The notes beneath the pieces were generated by a model. The model did not search any database and was not told where the DNA came from. It saw only the letters and a list, made by a program, of their open reading frames with translations. Shown here piece after piece: positions 13,818 to 28,076 of a stretch of 64,000 nucleotides of DNA. The DNA is from Podarcis pityusensis. Lineage: Eukaryota. The stretch lies in the NCBI GenBank assembly GCA_964106645.2, contig OZ067046.1. The stretch is one strand, 5' to 3'. A program made the position numbers and the translations under genes. Each line of letters begins with the position of its first letter. Within the stretch, counting starts at the first letter, position 1.

Positions 13818-16800
13818 TCAGTAAGGGTGGCAATGATGCTTAGGCAAGATCAAGAAGTTCAGCTCCAGGTAACCAAAGATAACTGTTGTCTAAGCATACA
13901 TGAAACTGAAAGGCATGCATTTGTGAAGCTTACAACTTCATCAAAGACATTAGAAAAACTGAAATTTCAGTTAACATTCCTTACTCTACTTGTCCTACAT
14001 AATCTAATTTGCCTTCAATAGTGAAGTTTGTTTGTTAGTTTGTTTGATGATGATGATCATCATCATCTAGCTGGAAAAACATTTGACATATTTTGCACAC
14101 ATTGCTGCTTATTATTGTAGCACACTTCTAATTTAAATGTCTGCTATTCTTTTTAAACTATCTTTAGAAGTGGCTTGTGAAATGGTTTGATGGGTGACTA
14201 CTGCCTTCCTCCCTGATCTGCCACAGAATGGGAGGGGGTAGAGAAATTGACTTTTGTGTAAGGTAGCATGTAGTCTGATCCCAAGGTGCATCCCCCCTGC
14301 TATTTAGTCATCTTTCCTATAAAGACCACCTGAGTCCAAATTAGCCATTCACCCTTAGTGATGCTCGGGAAAGTGTCAAATCTGATTGACTCCAGAGTTT
14401 CTGTACCATCATTACATCCAGGATGTGATTCTTAATTGGCTAGGTTCACTTAAGAAAGAATGGAACAGAGGTTTTTAAATGGCCACTCAAGCAAAAGGAA
14501 GGAAATGACTGTGAACAAACATTCACAAAAAGTTGAATTTAGGATTTTACAAGACTTTCTGACTTCCCTACTTGAAATTGCTGCATTTGAACCAAAAATG
14601 TTACCTAGAGAACACATGGCTGATCCATAGCAAACACTTTCTTCCTACTTTCTTTGATCCCACATGACTCTGTTAGGTATTATTTACATGTTTGCTTTTT
14701 AGCTTTGCATTGCCTCTTGTGGACTAGCTGATGTTGTGCTATAAAACCTTTCAGCAACTACAACTATTATTTCTATGCATTTATGGAGAAATACTGGTTC
14801 ACACTAATGCAAAGGACATAAAAACACAAGAGGAGCAGTCTAAGCACTGCCACTTTGTGTTCTAATGCTCTGTTTCATTAAACTTTTAATATCAGCATTA
14901 TAGGACTCAGCAGAAGAAGGTCCTTCTCCATGGCACCTCAGGTCATGGAACAAGAAGAATAATCTCCTGGGTGTAAATAGAGTGCTGATTGTTTCATTTT
15001 TATTACCATCTCAGACAATAAAAGCCTAAACCAATGCTGATCGTTAAAGCCTAGATGAACCATCCCATCTTTTTGGGTCATTCTCTTCAATGACTCTGCA
15101 AATGCAGCTTGTTTTCAAGGTGCTAAACAGTCCATAGTTTTATTTACTAAATGAAAAAAAAGTGGACACAATGGTTAAAAAATACTTATGGTTTTAAATC
15201 TTGCTGCCACCACATACCCTGATGACTTTTCATCTCTCAGGTGGAGACACTGTTTGTCTAATCAAATTCAGTGGGGCCCCCTAGAGAATGCAGGGACCCC
15301 ATGTCTCTGTTTTGCTCTGTTGGTTGGCCACACCAAACTGCGATGGCATGTGAAGAACCAACACTGAGTACCTAACTGAAAGCATGTCCTATGCACTTAA
15401 ATGGTGCACACCCCATACATTTTCCCACCAAACTGGCTTACCCCCTCACTGAGCTACAATTTCTAGCATCCTTAACAAGCTACAGTTCCCATTAATCATT
15501 TTTTTTGAGAGGGCAGTGGTTCACCAAACAACTGGTTAGCAAGACTGTTCTGTTGTGCAAAAGATTTTCTAAATAAGACGGGTCTCTGCTGGGTACTTGG
15601 CTTTGATTTTTATTTAAAGGTTTGCTCCCTCACCTGGGCAAGAACCAGTGGTTTAGAAGTAAACTCTTACCACGCACCCATGTGGATAGCATGATTTAGA
15701 ATTAATCTAGATTGAAAGCAGCATGTTCTGGATAGAGATAGATGACGCTTGTGGTACAAATAATAAAGCTTCTTGCCATCTGCATTTTCCTCACAAAAGA
15801 ACTAGACAACCATCACAAGGATTAGTTTCTATATATGAAGACTGTGGAGGTTTTATATGTGACTTTTCTAAGCAAAGTATATCCTGAGCCTTCAGCTTCT
15901 GCCAGCCTAGGCACATGCTGTGCTGCTGCTTTAAAACTGGGACTGATCAAGTGTTGAGTTTTCCCTGCCGCAGGGCTTTGTAAATCATGGTTTTCCCAGT
16001 GAAACTGTGACAACCAGAGCCTCAGGCAGGGCCTTGCCAAGACATTTTGCTACCTGGGGCGGAACAGCATGGTGTTCCTGCTTCCAGGTCAAGGTACATA
16101 ACACCCAAGGCTGGTTAAGTTATTTTGGAATTTGAAGCAAAAATATAATAATAACCCCCAAAGCACTTCTGCCTCTCACAGCCGTAAAAGAAACAAAACA
16201 ACAACAACAAAAATTGCATAACTAATCATTTGCTACCCTTTCACGACACCCCATATCAGCTGTCTGCGGCAGCCCTCTCACTTTGCCTAATGGCAGGGCC
16301 AGCCCTGAGCTGGTGGTCTCCTTAATTGGTTCTAGATAACCCACAAGAAACAAGAGAAAAATTGGCCAAGTGTTGCTTAGCAACAAATTACAGCTCTTTG
16401 CTTTCCTCTCTTTCTTCCCCTCTATTTGCTTCGTTACTTGATGACATTCCATTGATTGGCACCACAAGCTCTATTTAGCACATTATGAAGCATATTATTA
16501 ATACTTACCAATTTCTCTCAGCATTTCTTGATTTGTGTGAGTGTTTTGCCTAAGTAATTGTCAGCAATATAAATCACTATACCCTTCAGCTAGCCATCAG
16601 AGTTGTGTATCAATTGAGGCTGTCACTTACAATACAGCTATCTATTTTATTGTTACTAGTGAGATGAATAGTCAGAGAAATATCCCTTTATCGTATCAGT
16701 TATTGGTCTCTCTCACATTTGGTACAAACCTTTTCTAAATGGACAAATTTCATTATCATGTGTGACTCCTCATATTCACTCATAGAATAAACAACTGAGA

Positions 16801-16879
16801 GATCACTGTGAGGCAGTGACCTCTTGTTGATGCGTTCTTACTAATATTATATAGAAACTGAAGGGAACAAACTGTTGTA

Positions 16880-17119
16880 CAGTGGTACCTTGGTTTACGA
16901 ACTTAATCCATTCCAGAAGTCCGTTCTTAAACCAAAGCGTTCTTAAACCAAGGTGTGCTTTTCCATAGCAGTGGGGGGCTCAATTTACAACTGGAACACA
17001 CTCAACAGGAAGTGGAAACATGTTCTGCTACCAAGGCAAAGTTTACAAACTAAACACCTACTTTTGGGTTTGCAGCGTTCTTAATCCAAGTTGTTCATAA
17101 ACTAACCAAGGTACCACTG
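16880..17119. mobile_element. Tc1/mariner-type MITE (same TIR family)
   Basis: TA-CAGTGGTACCTTGGTT ... AACCAAGGTACCACTG-TA. Confidence 0.88.
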
Positions 17120-19416
17120 TATAGGTTCTCTTGAAACTTGTTCAGGTAATAGATCTTACTGCTAGTATAAATAATAGTGAGTGCATACCTTCACAAAGAA
17201 ACAAAAGTGTTGGTTTCAAATAACAGGCTGGATGCCATTTGCTACTAACACAGGAGACAGGGAAGGGGACAAAACTGGAATCCATTCTTATTTAAAGGAG
17301 AACCAATCCAATTCACACTTTCTGAAACAATACGCAAATCAAAATACACCCATCCTTCAAAGCTCACACTTCTCTGAATATCAGTAATACTGTAAAGAAG
17401 TCTTATTATCAATATTCAAATGCAAATTTCTGGTTGAATTTGAATCCATCTTAAGTACATCACAGGAAGTTAATATATAAAGTTTTGAGAACACATTTCA
17501 GCCCAATGCAACAATGCTTCCTTTAGAGAACAAGTGTTCAACACGCTAAGGAATATTGACCAATAATCACATCTTTGTTAGGAAAGGCCAAGGATAAAAA
17601 GCTGCAAGTTGTACTCAAAATGGAGACAAAGAGAAAGCAGCCAGGAAATGAGACCCAACAACTGAATACCTAATTAGTGATTTTGAGAATGGTTCTTCAT
17701 TTGCTAAAAAAGCCAAGTTAGAAATGTTACAAAGGGACATCAAAAGCAAGCTGCAAACAACAGTGCATGGAGGCGGGGGAAGTATTTCGGAAAAATAAAA
17801 CAGGAAGAAAACACAGCTGTCAGGCTAAATCCTCTATTGGCAACGGCCTTACAGAATGTGGATTAAAGACCAATGTGCAGTGTTTTCCAAAGCTAGCAAC
17901 TGTCTGCGGTGAAAAGTGAGCCACAGAAGAGCCTTCTAGAACCTGGTGAATCCTATATTGGCAGAGTAAAAACCCAATAAATGAAAACTAGGGGGAATTA
18001 TCTACTCTATGCACATTACAGGGTTCCTTCGCTAGTCGTCATATTTCAAAAAGTGAAATATTTTGCATATTTTGCGAAATCGTGTACGTCCGGAAAATTA
18101 TGGACATATGACAACCCTCCTTCACTCTCGCAACAAGAAACTCAGGGGTCCCCAGGCTCTTTGATTGTCTCCAATTAGCCAACTTATTTTCCTTCTCTCT
18201 CCCTCACAGCAAAATTTAACCCCTCTGAGGTAGAGGCAGAGAAAGGTGATCCAGCACCCAGAGCGATGCTCACGGGGCTAGCTGCCCACCGGGGCAGGGC
18301 TAGACACCCACGGCGAGCGCCCTGAGGGATGCTGGCTGCTGTGAGTGTCCCGGGGTTGCGCCGGCAGCAGCAAGCATCCCGGGGTGTGTGTGGCGTGGCG
18401 ATGTCACCCCCCCAGGGATGACACCCAAGGCAAGCTGCACCCCACACCCCCTTTCTCCACCAGTGCTCTGAGGCTGCATGCAGTCACCTACACTGTCCTC
18501 TTGACTGTCCTGTTTCAGTTTGATATGTTGCTCCACATACCCTGACACAAGGCCCTCCCCCTTCACACAGCATAGCCAAGGTGGTCAAAAGTAGAGCTGC
18601 CATATTTCAAAAAGTGAAAATCCAGACACAAAAGTTGTGGATATGGCCCAATATGGGCTGCCATATGCCTGGGTCTCCCCGGACATTTTAGCTGTATAGC
18701 AGTCCTATCGAAAGTCACTTCTTTTGCTCCTCTCCCCCTTGCCTAAAAGGTTGCCCACCACTGCCATATGCTAAACAACACATTTCTATCACCAAAAGAA
18801 AATCTTCAGTGCAAATAAGAGCACAATTGCCATGCCTAACCTATTGTTTTGCATACTAGTCTTGTACAGAATTGTTTTCAAAGGACACCATAGAAATGGC
18901 AAGTTCTGTGCTTTTGTGTTGTATTTCATTTGCCAAATTATCGAAACTCTGCCACAGCTCAATATGATGCTAATGAGTATTACTATGGTTAGTAATGGCA
19001 ATTGTGCCTAGAATCCTTATAAGCATAGTTGGTCTAGAACTTTATTTAAAAATACTCTGCTAAAAGGACAACCTGAGCCTAACAGCCTCCTCCCACTTTC
19101 TCTCCACGTTTTTCTGGAGAAGTCCCATTCTATTCCTATTCTCTGAATGGGCAATTGGATCATGGTTGTTGTATGCTGAGGATAAAGAAGTTGTGGCTCT
19201 TCAACCAACTATTGATTCCAAAATGAGCCAAAGAACTACAGTTTTAAATAGTTCCTGGGCCTATCTCCAAGAATAAAATCAGTTCAGAGCCAGGCATGGG
19301 GAGGGGCTGAATTCAATGGTATAGCAAAACCTCTGCCTGCAGAAGGTTCCAGGTTTGATTCCTAGCACCTCCAGGTAGAAAGACCTCTGTCTGAAACTCT
19401 AGAGAGATGCTGAAGC

Positions 19417-19836
19417 TGTTAGAATTCCTGCTCCGTGATTGCAGTCATGGGATTGTTGTCTTTCACATGATGGTATATGTTTTGACTCCACAGAGTGGGA
19501 TGTGACGGAGACAGGATGTTTGTGTTACTGTGTTGCATGAAGTGGGACTATTGTCCTTTGTTCATTCTCTTTGCTGTCTGATGCTAGAGAGAGAGGGAGC
19601 CATGTTGCAGTGCTCCGTGTGTGTTTATATGTAAATAAAGTAGATTAGCCAAAATGCTGAGTTGCTGAGTTCTGTCATGCAAGCTGCGAAGACTCTGTGG
19701 ATCCCTAAGTGTGTCGCTGTCTGTTGGCATCAGTCGCTGTGATGTTTGGGCAGACAAAAGCTTTTGAAGCTCCCGAACGATCAACCAGGAGCATGTGTCT
19801 CTGCCAGGGTCCTACTCAAGTGTAGGATGAGCTCCT
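19417..19836 (+). mobile_element. LTR-like fragment
   Basis: Starts TGTTAG and has an internal AATAAA at about 19634. The right boundary and TSD are not resolved. Confidence 0.35.
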
Positions 19837-20996
19837 GCCTTAGTCTAAGTCAGATCATTGGTTTCATATATTCCTAAGGCCTCTCACTCAGATGAGAAAA
19901 TAAGCCAAGGTTGGTAATAACATAAATAGTGAGATATTTAGAAATATCTAGCCACTGATATATCTCTGTGAGAGTGGGATGGTAGCGCAGCTTCTTGTGC
20001 AATCTGTAACAGCTTTTGCCAATCTGGTGCCCACCAGATTGGGCTCCATGGTCATGCTGGCTGGAGCTGGTGGAAATTGTAGAACAAAACATCTGGAGGA
20101 CACCAGATAACTGAAGAATGATCTGTGGCTATATTAGTACTGAATAGTGCTATTAAAGCTGGTGAGTTTTCAGAATCACGCCCCAGAGAGATAAAAATGA
20201 ATGCTAATATTCAGTGATGTCAGTCTGATTTCTAACATTCACTGCAGTAATGAGCATAATTACCACGATGCATATTCATGAACAATATACAAAACCACAT
20301 CATCTGTGGTAAAAATAACAGACATTATTGAGTTATCAGCTAATCAACTCCAACACAATAAAAGTTTACTCGCAATTTAAATCGGCAAAATCTTCCTAAT
20401 TAAGACAACTTGATGAACAAGATATTATTGTGATTTAATGGCAGTGCCAATTAAGAGAGGAGGCCATCTAAAAATAAAACCTGTCTTTGAAATTAAAAAT
20501 GAAAATATATCACTCTATACTAATATGAGTTGAAGGCATAGTGCATGTATTCTTTATTAATTTATTACTTGGTGTTTATTTTAACCATTTGCCATGTAAT
20601 CTTGAATTTTATACCCTATTGTGTCTAAATATCTATTTCCTTTATTCTAACAGTTTATTTTACATTTTTGCTCACTGGAGTTAGCAAGTTTCTAGTTGAA
20701 TTTAATACATTTTGTTTACCACCACTCACTGCATGCTCCAGAACTCTGAATGTTCTCCATATCACACATTTCCTCACTCGGACTGAGAGTAGTTAAGACC
20801 ATTTGAACAACTGCACATGTTAGAATCATTCAGCTACCCGTTGATGTTACATATATACACAAAGAGACTAACTAAGACCGTCTACTGATGCCAGATCAGA
20901 GGTTCAAAGCAAGAAACTACATAGAACAGTGGATTATAATTGATGCAGTTTTATAGAAACTTTTTAGAGGGTAGCCACAATAGTCTACTCTGACTT

Positions 20997-21193
20997 CAAT
21001 GGCTAGTAGCCATGACTGCTATGTTCTACCTTCCCTGGTGGGACGCAACATGCCTCTGAACGCCAGTTGCTGAGAATCACAAGTGGGCAGAGTGCTCTTT
21101 CCCATAGGCATCTGTTTGGCCACTATGAGAACAGGATGCTGGGCTAGAAGGGCCTTGGGCCTGATCCAGCAGGGCTCTTCTTAGGTTCTCATG
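20997..21193 (+). mobile_element. CR1 3'UTR fragment
   Basis: ...gagaacaggatgctgggctag...gcctgatccagcagggctcttctta.gttct, homologous to the reverse complement of 4337-4560. Confidence 0.65.
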
Positions 21194-21343
21194 TTCTAGA
21201 AGGAAAAACAGCCTCCTTAAATATAAAATGGTCTTTGATATAAAGAATTCTTGCCATATAAAGAGGAAGGGCACAAATTTCACATCACTCAAATAACACA
21301 CTGCTGCATGCCAATGGTTGTAACAAAGGAAAGGATGCCTATA

Positions 21344-21525
21344 CAGTGGTACCTCCGTTTACGAACTTAATCCATTCCGGAAGTCTGTTCTTAAACCAAA
21401 ACCGTTCTTAAACTGAGGCACATTTCCCTAAAGAGGCCTCCCGCTGCTGGTGCCATTCCATTGTTGCGGAGTTCATAAATCGAAGAGTTCGTAAGCAGGG
21501 CTGCTCTTAAACCGAGGTACCACTG
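21344..21525. mobile_element. Tc1/mariner-type MITE (same TIR family)
   Basis: TA-CAGTGGTACCTC ... GAGGTACCACTG-TA. Confidence 0.88.
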
Positions 21526-21648
21526 TACTAGCCTTCTGGAAACAGAAGAGGTGAATCAAAAACTCTTTGCTCTAACAAGGAAAGAGGTTGGCTGCTACAC
21601 TTGCATACTCACTGCAGATCCTGCACTGACGTTGAACTAGATGGCCTT

Positions 21649-22274
21649 TGTAAGGAATGAAAATGTCACTTTTTCATAAGAGGTCAAAAGGCCTCAGACA
21701 GTTGCAATACCAGAATAGAAGGTTGCATCAGCTAGAAAACCATAGGCTCGCTTGGCGGCTTATCTTTACTGGCTTGGGATTAGAACACCCAAAAACAGGG
21801 TGCCTTGCTGCTAGAATGTGGTTTATCTAGACACCTCAGCAGGCTTCGGCAGGGTAGGACTCGTGCATGCCTAAAGGGTGGTCGGGATGTGGCTTTATCA
21901 CTGGGGTAAATATATGAGAGCATAGGAACATGCTTCTTGATTTGGGCAAAAATAATTAAGAGTGATGGTCCCTGAATTCAGAGGGATGGGAGAAGTCAAC
22001 AGGGGTGGAGAGTTCAATATTTTAATTAGGCAATCATGATAGGCTGTAAGCCCTGTGCACCTCCAGCCAATGGGGGACAGGGGAGGGAACTTTTCACTCA
22101 GAGTTGGAGATATATGCCTGTGTTTTTCTGAAGTTGGATGTGCCTGCTTTGCGGACACCTATCCTTACAAGAATGTGTAATCAATAAACTCTTTGCTACT
22201 TCACCAACTTTGCTCAGATTTTATTTTAAGGGTCCCAAGATTCTGAGTCTTGGATCAGTGTTTTATATCCAACA
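21649..22274 (+). mobile_element. Solo LTR (626 bp, ERV-like), antisense to GRIA2
   Basis: TGTAAGG ... CCAACA flanked by a perfect 5-bp TSD GCCTT (21644-48 / 22275-79). CCAAT at about 22067, TATA-like GATATATG at about 22110, AATAAA at 22183-88. It splits a CR1-type tail. Confidence 0.8.
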
Positions 22275-24440
22275 GCCTTCAAGTTCCCTTCCAATTCTAT
22301 GATTACATGAGTCTCATTGGAAACAAAACACATGTCTAGTAATAGAAATGTTGCCTGAAAGCCAGAGGAGAAATGGAAAGTGAAAATAATGCTAAGGTTA
22401 TGAAATATTTGAGGCCATTTCCGGGTCACTTCAAATCACACCTATTTTTTCTTCTTCATTAATTTTCACTTATGAGGCAGAACTTGTATGCTGATTGGAT
22501 CGAGGCACCCTAACGCTAGAGTGGAAAGAAATTGTGCTGGTGTTTCAGGAAGTAAAATAGATCAGGAAGGCATACACAAATTCGTCCAGGACTAGTTTCA
22601 AGGGAGCTCTCTATTAGGGTAGTAAATGCTTCTGTGCTAAGGGAATCTAAGGTGGATAAGATGCATGACTGCATTGCTTGTTAAGAGATATTGCTTATAA
22701 ACCCAAAAGTTTAAGAAAAATCATCACGAACAACAGTTTTTCTTAAGCACCACCAGTCCCAAAGGGTGCGCCATTTGAAAAAACCTGAGTAAAACTGACA
22801 GGACTGTCATAAAAGTAGCTACTGCATGTATGACACTGGTGATTTGTTTTTACAAACGAGGCTCTCCCTACCAGAAGGATTTGTTCTCATGTTTTATGAG
22901 GTTATGATCATTTAAAGGAGATAAGCATCCATTATGATATTGACAAAAGTTATTTGGTAAACAGAATCTTGGCAATGGCAAGCAAATGCTATAATCTGCA
23001 AATATATTTCCCAGCAGGGCCTGCCAGCAAATACAGCCTTTCAGGCATTTCTGGATAGCTGTATGAAAATCAGCTTTCCTGAAATCCAAACTGCACATTT
23101 CTCTATGTCCATCTTTAGCTTTCCATAAGAGCATGAATTCTAGCATTATACCTTGATTGCCCCCAAAAGTTCCAATACTCTAATTCTAACCTAATTTAAT
23201 CTTCTTCTCATTTATTTATTTATTTATTTATTTTTTTTTACTTGTTTTTGTAATAAGGAACGGAAAACAGAAAACTGCTGATTTCAATAAGTACTTTGTC
23301 AAACACAAGAACAAGCTAAGCTTTAAATGTGTTCTAAGAACTTGGCAAAAATGTTCATGTGCTGGTAAATAATTTGTGATTAGAATATACGGCTGCAAAT
23401 ATTTTTCCTGTAAACCCAGGCCACTTTAGGACACACCTATATAAACCCTGTGCACAGAAGCTGGTGTGCAAGTAAGACAGGTAGTTCCCAGTCTATGTTT
23501 TCTTTGCCCTGGGGAAAAAGCTGAGTTCAGAATTCAGCTTTCAAATAATTCCAGATTTCATTTTGTGTTTGTCTCTTAAGGCAAGCTCCCAGCTCTCACT
23601 ACCACAAATGTACAATTGAAAATGTGTGGGTAATATCAGCCGGAATTCTGAAACCCAGAGATTTGCTTTTGGGAAAGGGGAAAAGTTTGCATAGCCAAGC
23701 CCTTGACCCTCCCCATGTGGAACAAAGCCAAATTCAATCATGGAGATTTTTTGTTTTTTTAAAAAGTGAGCTAGTTTGTATAAAAATAGAGAAAATTAAG
23801 CAAACCTGAATGATTTGCACATAATTCAGCTTTCCTTGGTTCAGAATTAAGACAAATGTATTGTAAGGCACATCTTTCTTTACTTAGCATATTGTTTTAA
23901 CACCACTTGCTAAACCACTGTAAATATGGAAACAATCCAGCCAAAGGAAAGTGTTTTTAAAGACTATTTATTTCATTTGAAAGGACTTAAGCACATAGTT
24001 GTCTCTCAGTTTGATATCAAAGTAGTTTGCTTTGGCAGGATTGTGTCCATAAAAATTTAGCAGGTAAAACAAAAGAGACGGTCATTGTGCTATATTTTTG
24101 TTTAAAAACCAAAAACATAGATTACCAAGCATATTATGTACCACAGATACTTCATGGATGATCATATTCACTGTTCAGTTGAACACAGAATAAGATATAA
24201 TATGATCACTTCAATCATGGTACACGCAGCAGCAAGAGTTAGACAAACTGCAATAACACTGATCAGCTGTCTCATTAATCAGAGGAAGTATGAATTTCAG
24301 CTTTGTACTTCTCTTCTGAAGAGCTTGCTTTCTGACTTAGCATTGCTAACACATCTCGCTGCCATGTCAGACTAGGAACCATGCATCTTCAGCACCCATT
24401 TGCACACACAATTTTTCACCCAGTGGAGTAAGGGATATGA

Positions 24441-24530
24441 CATAGCTGTCAACGTTTCCCTTTTTAAAAGGGAAATTCCCATATTCCAAATAGGATTCCT
24501 CGCAAGAAAAGGGAAAAGTTGGCAGCTATG
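24441..24530. mobile_element. 90-bp MITE with 24-bp TIRs and 8-bp TSD (hAT- or P-like)
   Basis: CATAGCTGTCAACGTTTCCCTTTT / AAAAGGGAAAAGTTGGCAGCTATG with TSD GGATATGA on both sides. Confidence 0.85.
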
Positions 24531-26434
24531 GGATATGAGTTTTGAAGCCAACTTCAGCTCAAATATGCTCTCCCGGCTGTATTTGGTTGTATATATTTAT
24601 TGCTTGAATTATCAAAAAAAAAAGAGAAAGATATTCTTTCTCAGAATAAGTTTCATTACAATTGCCACTAATCAAACATAAAGGAAAATCAAAGGCAGAT
24701 TTGGGGATTCCTTGTCAAGCAAAACACTTGGGAGTTTTTTGCTGGAAGCTAAAACAAGAAACAAGAGATTTGACATACAAGTCTATGCTCTGGATGTATA
24801 AAGTCAAAGAGAAAGAGCAATGCTTGATAAATGAAAAATAGGGCAAGTATCAGAGACTTCCACACACCGTGCATCTGTTTCCCAATCTGGAAAATCCAAA
24901 TAAAAGAATCCAACTAAGGGCTAGTACAAATGTAAGTATGTACCACCTGTAGGCATGTAGAAGAAATTTTTAAGTTTTAATGTGCATCTACATCATTTAC
25001 ACTTACTGAAACAATACACTATCCCAAAACAAAGTTATCATTTGAAATTTGCACTTCTCTGAATTTTGCAGTGCAGTTCTTCAACCAAACAGTGCTATAA
25101 AAAATGTGTATATTTCTGGAAAGTATACATAAGGATGCGTGTATTCATGAAACTAGCATACAAAAAGTATTAGGTGAAATTGCATATCAAAATATGGATG
25201 CTGGAGAAAATGCATACTAAAAAGAAACTGAAATTGATGATTGGCAACTGAAAGTGTGACTTGACTCCACTGCAAAGAATTGAGTTTGAGCTGATGTGAA
25301 ATGATAGGAAAGGTTTTTCTGGAGTGTTGGACCTGCAATCGTCCATTCATGCTGGTGAGAAATTAGTGGTTGTTGTTGTTAGGGTAGAACATGCATGTAT
25401 GAAAAGACTACTAGTTGTGATCTAGTTCTGCGAAATAGTCTGTCCTGATCTATCTTACAGGACTGTTACTACAATAAATTACTGAGATAATAACCTTGTT
25501 GGCTCCACAGAGCAGAAGCCTATCAACATCTGCCAGCAGGTCTGTCAAAATCCCTTTTGCTCCACTCTTAAAAGAGAGCCGGGGTGGAGAGCTTTGCAAA
25601 AGCCTTTGCATGCCTCCTCTCTTAAACGTCAGAGCAAGATAGAGACTAAAAAGGGAAGGGGGGTTGCCTCCTCCCTCTTTCCCCTGAAGACTCTGAGACT
25701 GGAAAATTAGAAGGGAAGAGGGAGGGTACTTGCAAGTGTCCCTCCTTCTCTCTTAATGCCCCAATATTGTGCCAGTCTTGTGTGATCTTGATGACTCACA
25801 AAAGCTTGCAAATGCTTTTCTATTACTACCATCATCAAGGAAACAAAACCAAGGATCTTTGAGTTCCTCCACCATATGACAAGTTTACCCAAACACTACT
25901 GACAAATATTTTTTAATTAATAATTAATTTCTTAAATTTGTTAGTCATTTTATCTTGCCCAAGGCAACCCAAAGCAACTTATAACCAAACCAAAATAATC
26001 TAACCTATCAAGTATGAAAATCTATACCACAGATGTTGATCCTGGAATATATTAATAAGCAAGTTCATAACAATTTAATATACAAGTAGCCAAGAGTCCG
26101 GTAAGTCGTTTTGGTGAAAGTGGGGTTATATCAAGCAACTCCATTAAATTGAAAGCTGTAAGGTAGCACATCTTCCCAATTTGTGAGCATTATAACACAA
26201 GTGGAGGAGCTCTATGACCTTGTTTATGTAAATTTAAGTATTGTCAGCATTCCTTGACAAATCTAAATGACAAGTATGAAAGTCAAATGTTTAGCAAGTA
26301 TATGCTAACTACCTTAGGCAAAGTACAACACAAAATATTACTCATCCTTTCAGTAGAAAAGCAACTTGATTAGTATTTGCTTACCCACATAAAGCTATTG
26401 CATTTCAAATTAATTTTAGATACGGTATGATAGA

Positions 26435-26437
<3 letters not shown>

Positions 26438-26479
<42 letters not shown>

Positions 26480-26611
26480 TTATTTATACCCCGCCCATCT
26501 GGCTGGGCTTCCCCGGCCACTCTGGGCGGCTTCCAAAAGAATATTAAAATACTATAATACATCAAACATTAAAAGCTTCCCGAAACAGGGCTGCCTTCAG
26601 ATGTCTTCTAA
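26438..26611 (-). mobile_element. Young L2 3' tail with (AAT)n
   Basis: Nearly identical to 5450-5605 (only a few substitutions). Confidence 0.88.
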
Positions 26612-27099
26612 TAGTACTAGAAGAGTATTTTGACTAAAGCTTAATTTTTACAGTAGAATAAAAGGGACATTTTTATGTAAATGAAGAGGCAGACCACTGG
26701 GTTTAACTTGAACTGCCATTATTTTTAGAATGTTATAGTCCACTCTGTAGTCCAAACACAAGGTGGTTAACATCTGCCTATCAAATTCATACTCAGCTCC
26801 ATGGAACAGGTGAACTCTTCTTCCCATTTTGTTGTACCACATGAATTACCCAAGGTCTTATATCCTATCCTAGGCATCTTGATCACTTCTGTATCCAGTT
26901 TTATTCCTCCCAGGACCTTAAGAGAATCATAGAAGAAGCAAGGAGCCTTCTTCAGGTAGAAGGCCATATTCCTTCTGAGCAACATCCTGGTAGGCACATG
27001 CCTGTGAGTGGGTGGCACCAGAATCAAAACTGAGTTATGAAGGTGAATCTTCTTTATGTATAAGACACTACATTCCAGCCACACACAACAGAGGTTTCT

Positions 27100-27126
27100 A
27101 CACACACACACACACACACACACACA
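27100..27126 (+). repeat. (AC)n microsatellite
   Basis: Read directly from the sequence. Confidence 0.9.
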
Positions 27127-27674
27127 GCAAGCAAGAGGCATTAAAGGACACATTCCAATCAGGCAAAATCATTCACAGAGGAGAGTGGGGTTATGGCTTA
27201 GGATGTTTTGGGACTACAACTCCCATGATCCCTAGTTAACAGGACCAGTGGTCAGGAATGATGGGAATTGTAGCCCCAAAACATCTGGAAGGCTGAGTTT
27301 GCCTATGCCTGGCTTAGGAAGAGTACAAGGGCCAGGTGACGAGACCACGAGCCACATTCAGCCGCTGGACATGAGACTTCCTACCTCCACACTACAGGAA
27401 ACAGGTAATGGGGTGAGATTTAACCACACACTCAGCAAGCATCTCTAAGGAGCGCAAGCTGTAGCTGGGGAATGGCACAATTTTAGTTACATCCAATGAA
27501 ATCATTTTGTGGCTGGAACAATGCCCACATACAGCACGGAAATTCATGTCCCTCTCCTCCCCTGCTCCCACAAAAATCTGGTCTACGGTTTCTCCCAACC
27601 CTCTGGGACAGATCTGAAGCAAGGTGCACAAGGAGAGAAGAGGCAGATAGCACAATGATTGTACTGGATTCAAC

Positions 27675-28076
27675 TGGGGATGAGTGAATTTTGGTTCGCT
27701 ACATTTCTCCACAGTTTCACACCAATTTCTGATTATTATTATTTTTTTAAAAAAACACCAAATCATCATGAAAATTTGTCAGCATCTTAGTGCAGCTTTG
27801 CACATAGTTTTCAACTAATATATACCTTTTTTTTTGCAAATAGTACTCACTGATATAATACATGGTTTGTATGCAATTTCACTTGTTTATGCCTTTCTAT
27901 GCACATTTCCCACAAAATTATGCATTTTTGTACATATTGTTTGGCTGGCTGGAGAACTGCGATGCAAAATTTGGATGATGGTGAATTTTGAAGAATACCT
28001 GTATTGGTTTGAGAAGTGTGAATTAATTAGTTTCTCATTAGAATACAAACAAAATTGAATTTCTCCTCCATCCCTA
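27675..28076. mobile_element. Degenerate DNA-transposon-like repeat
   Basis: Ends TGGGGATG / CATCCCTA. The internal sequence resembles fragments at about 17250-17390 and 25000-25310. Confidence 0.35.
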
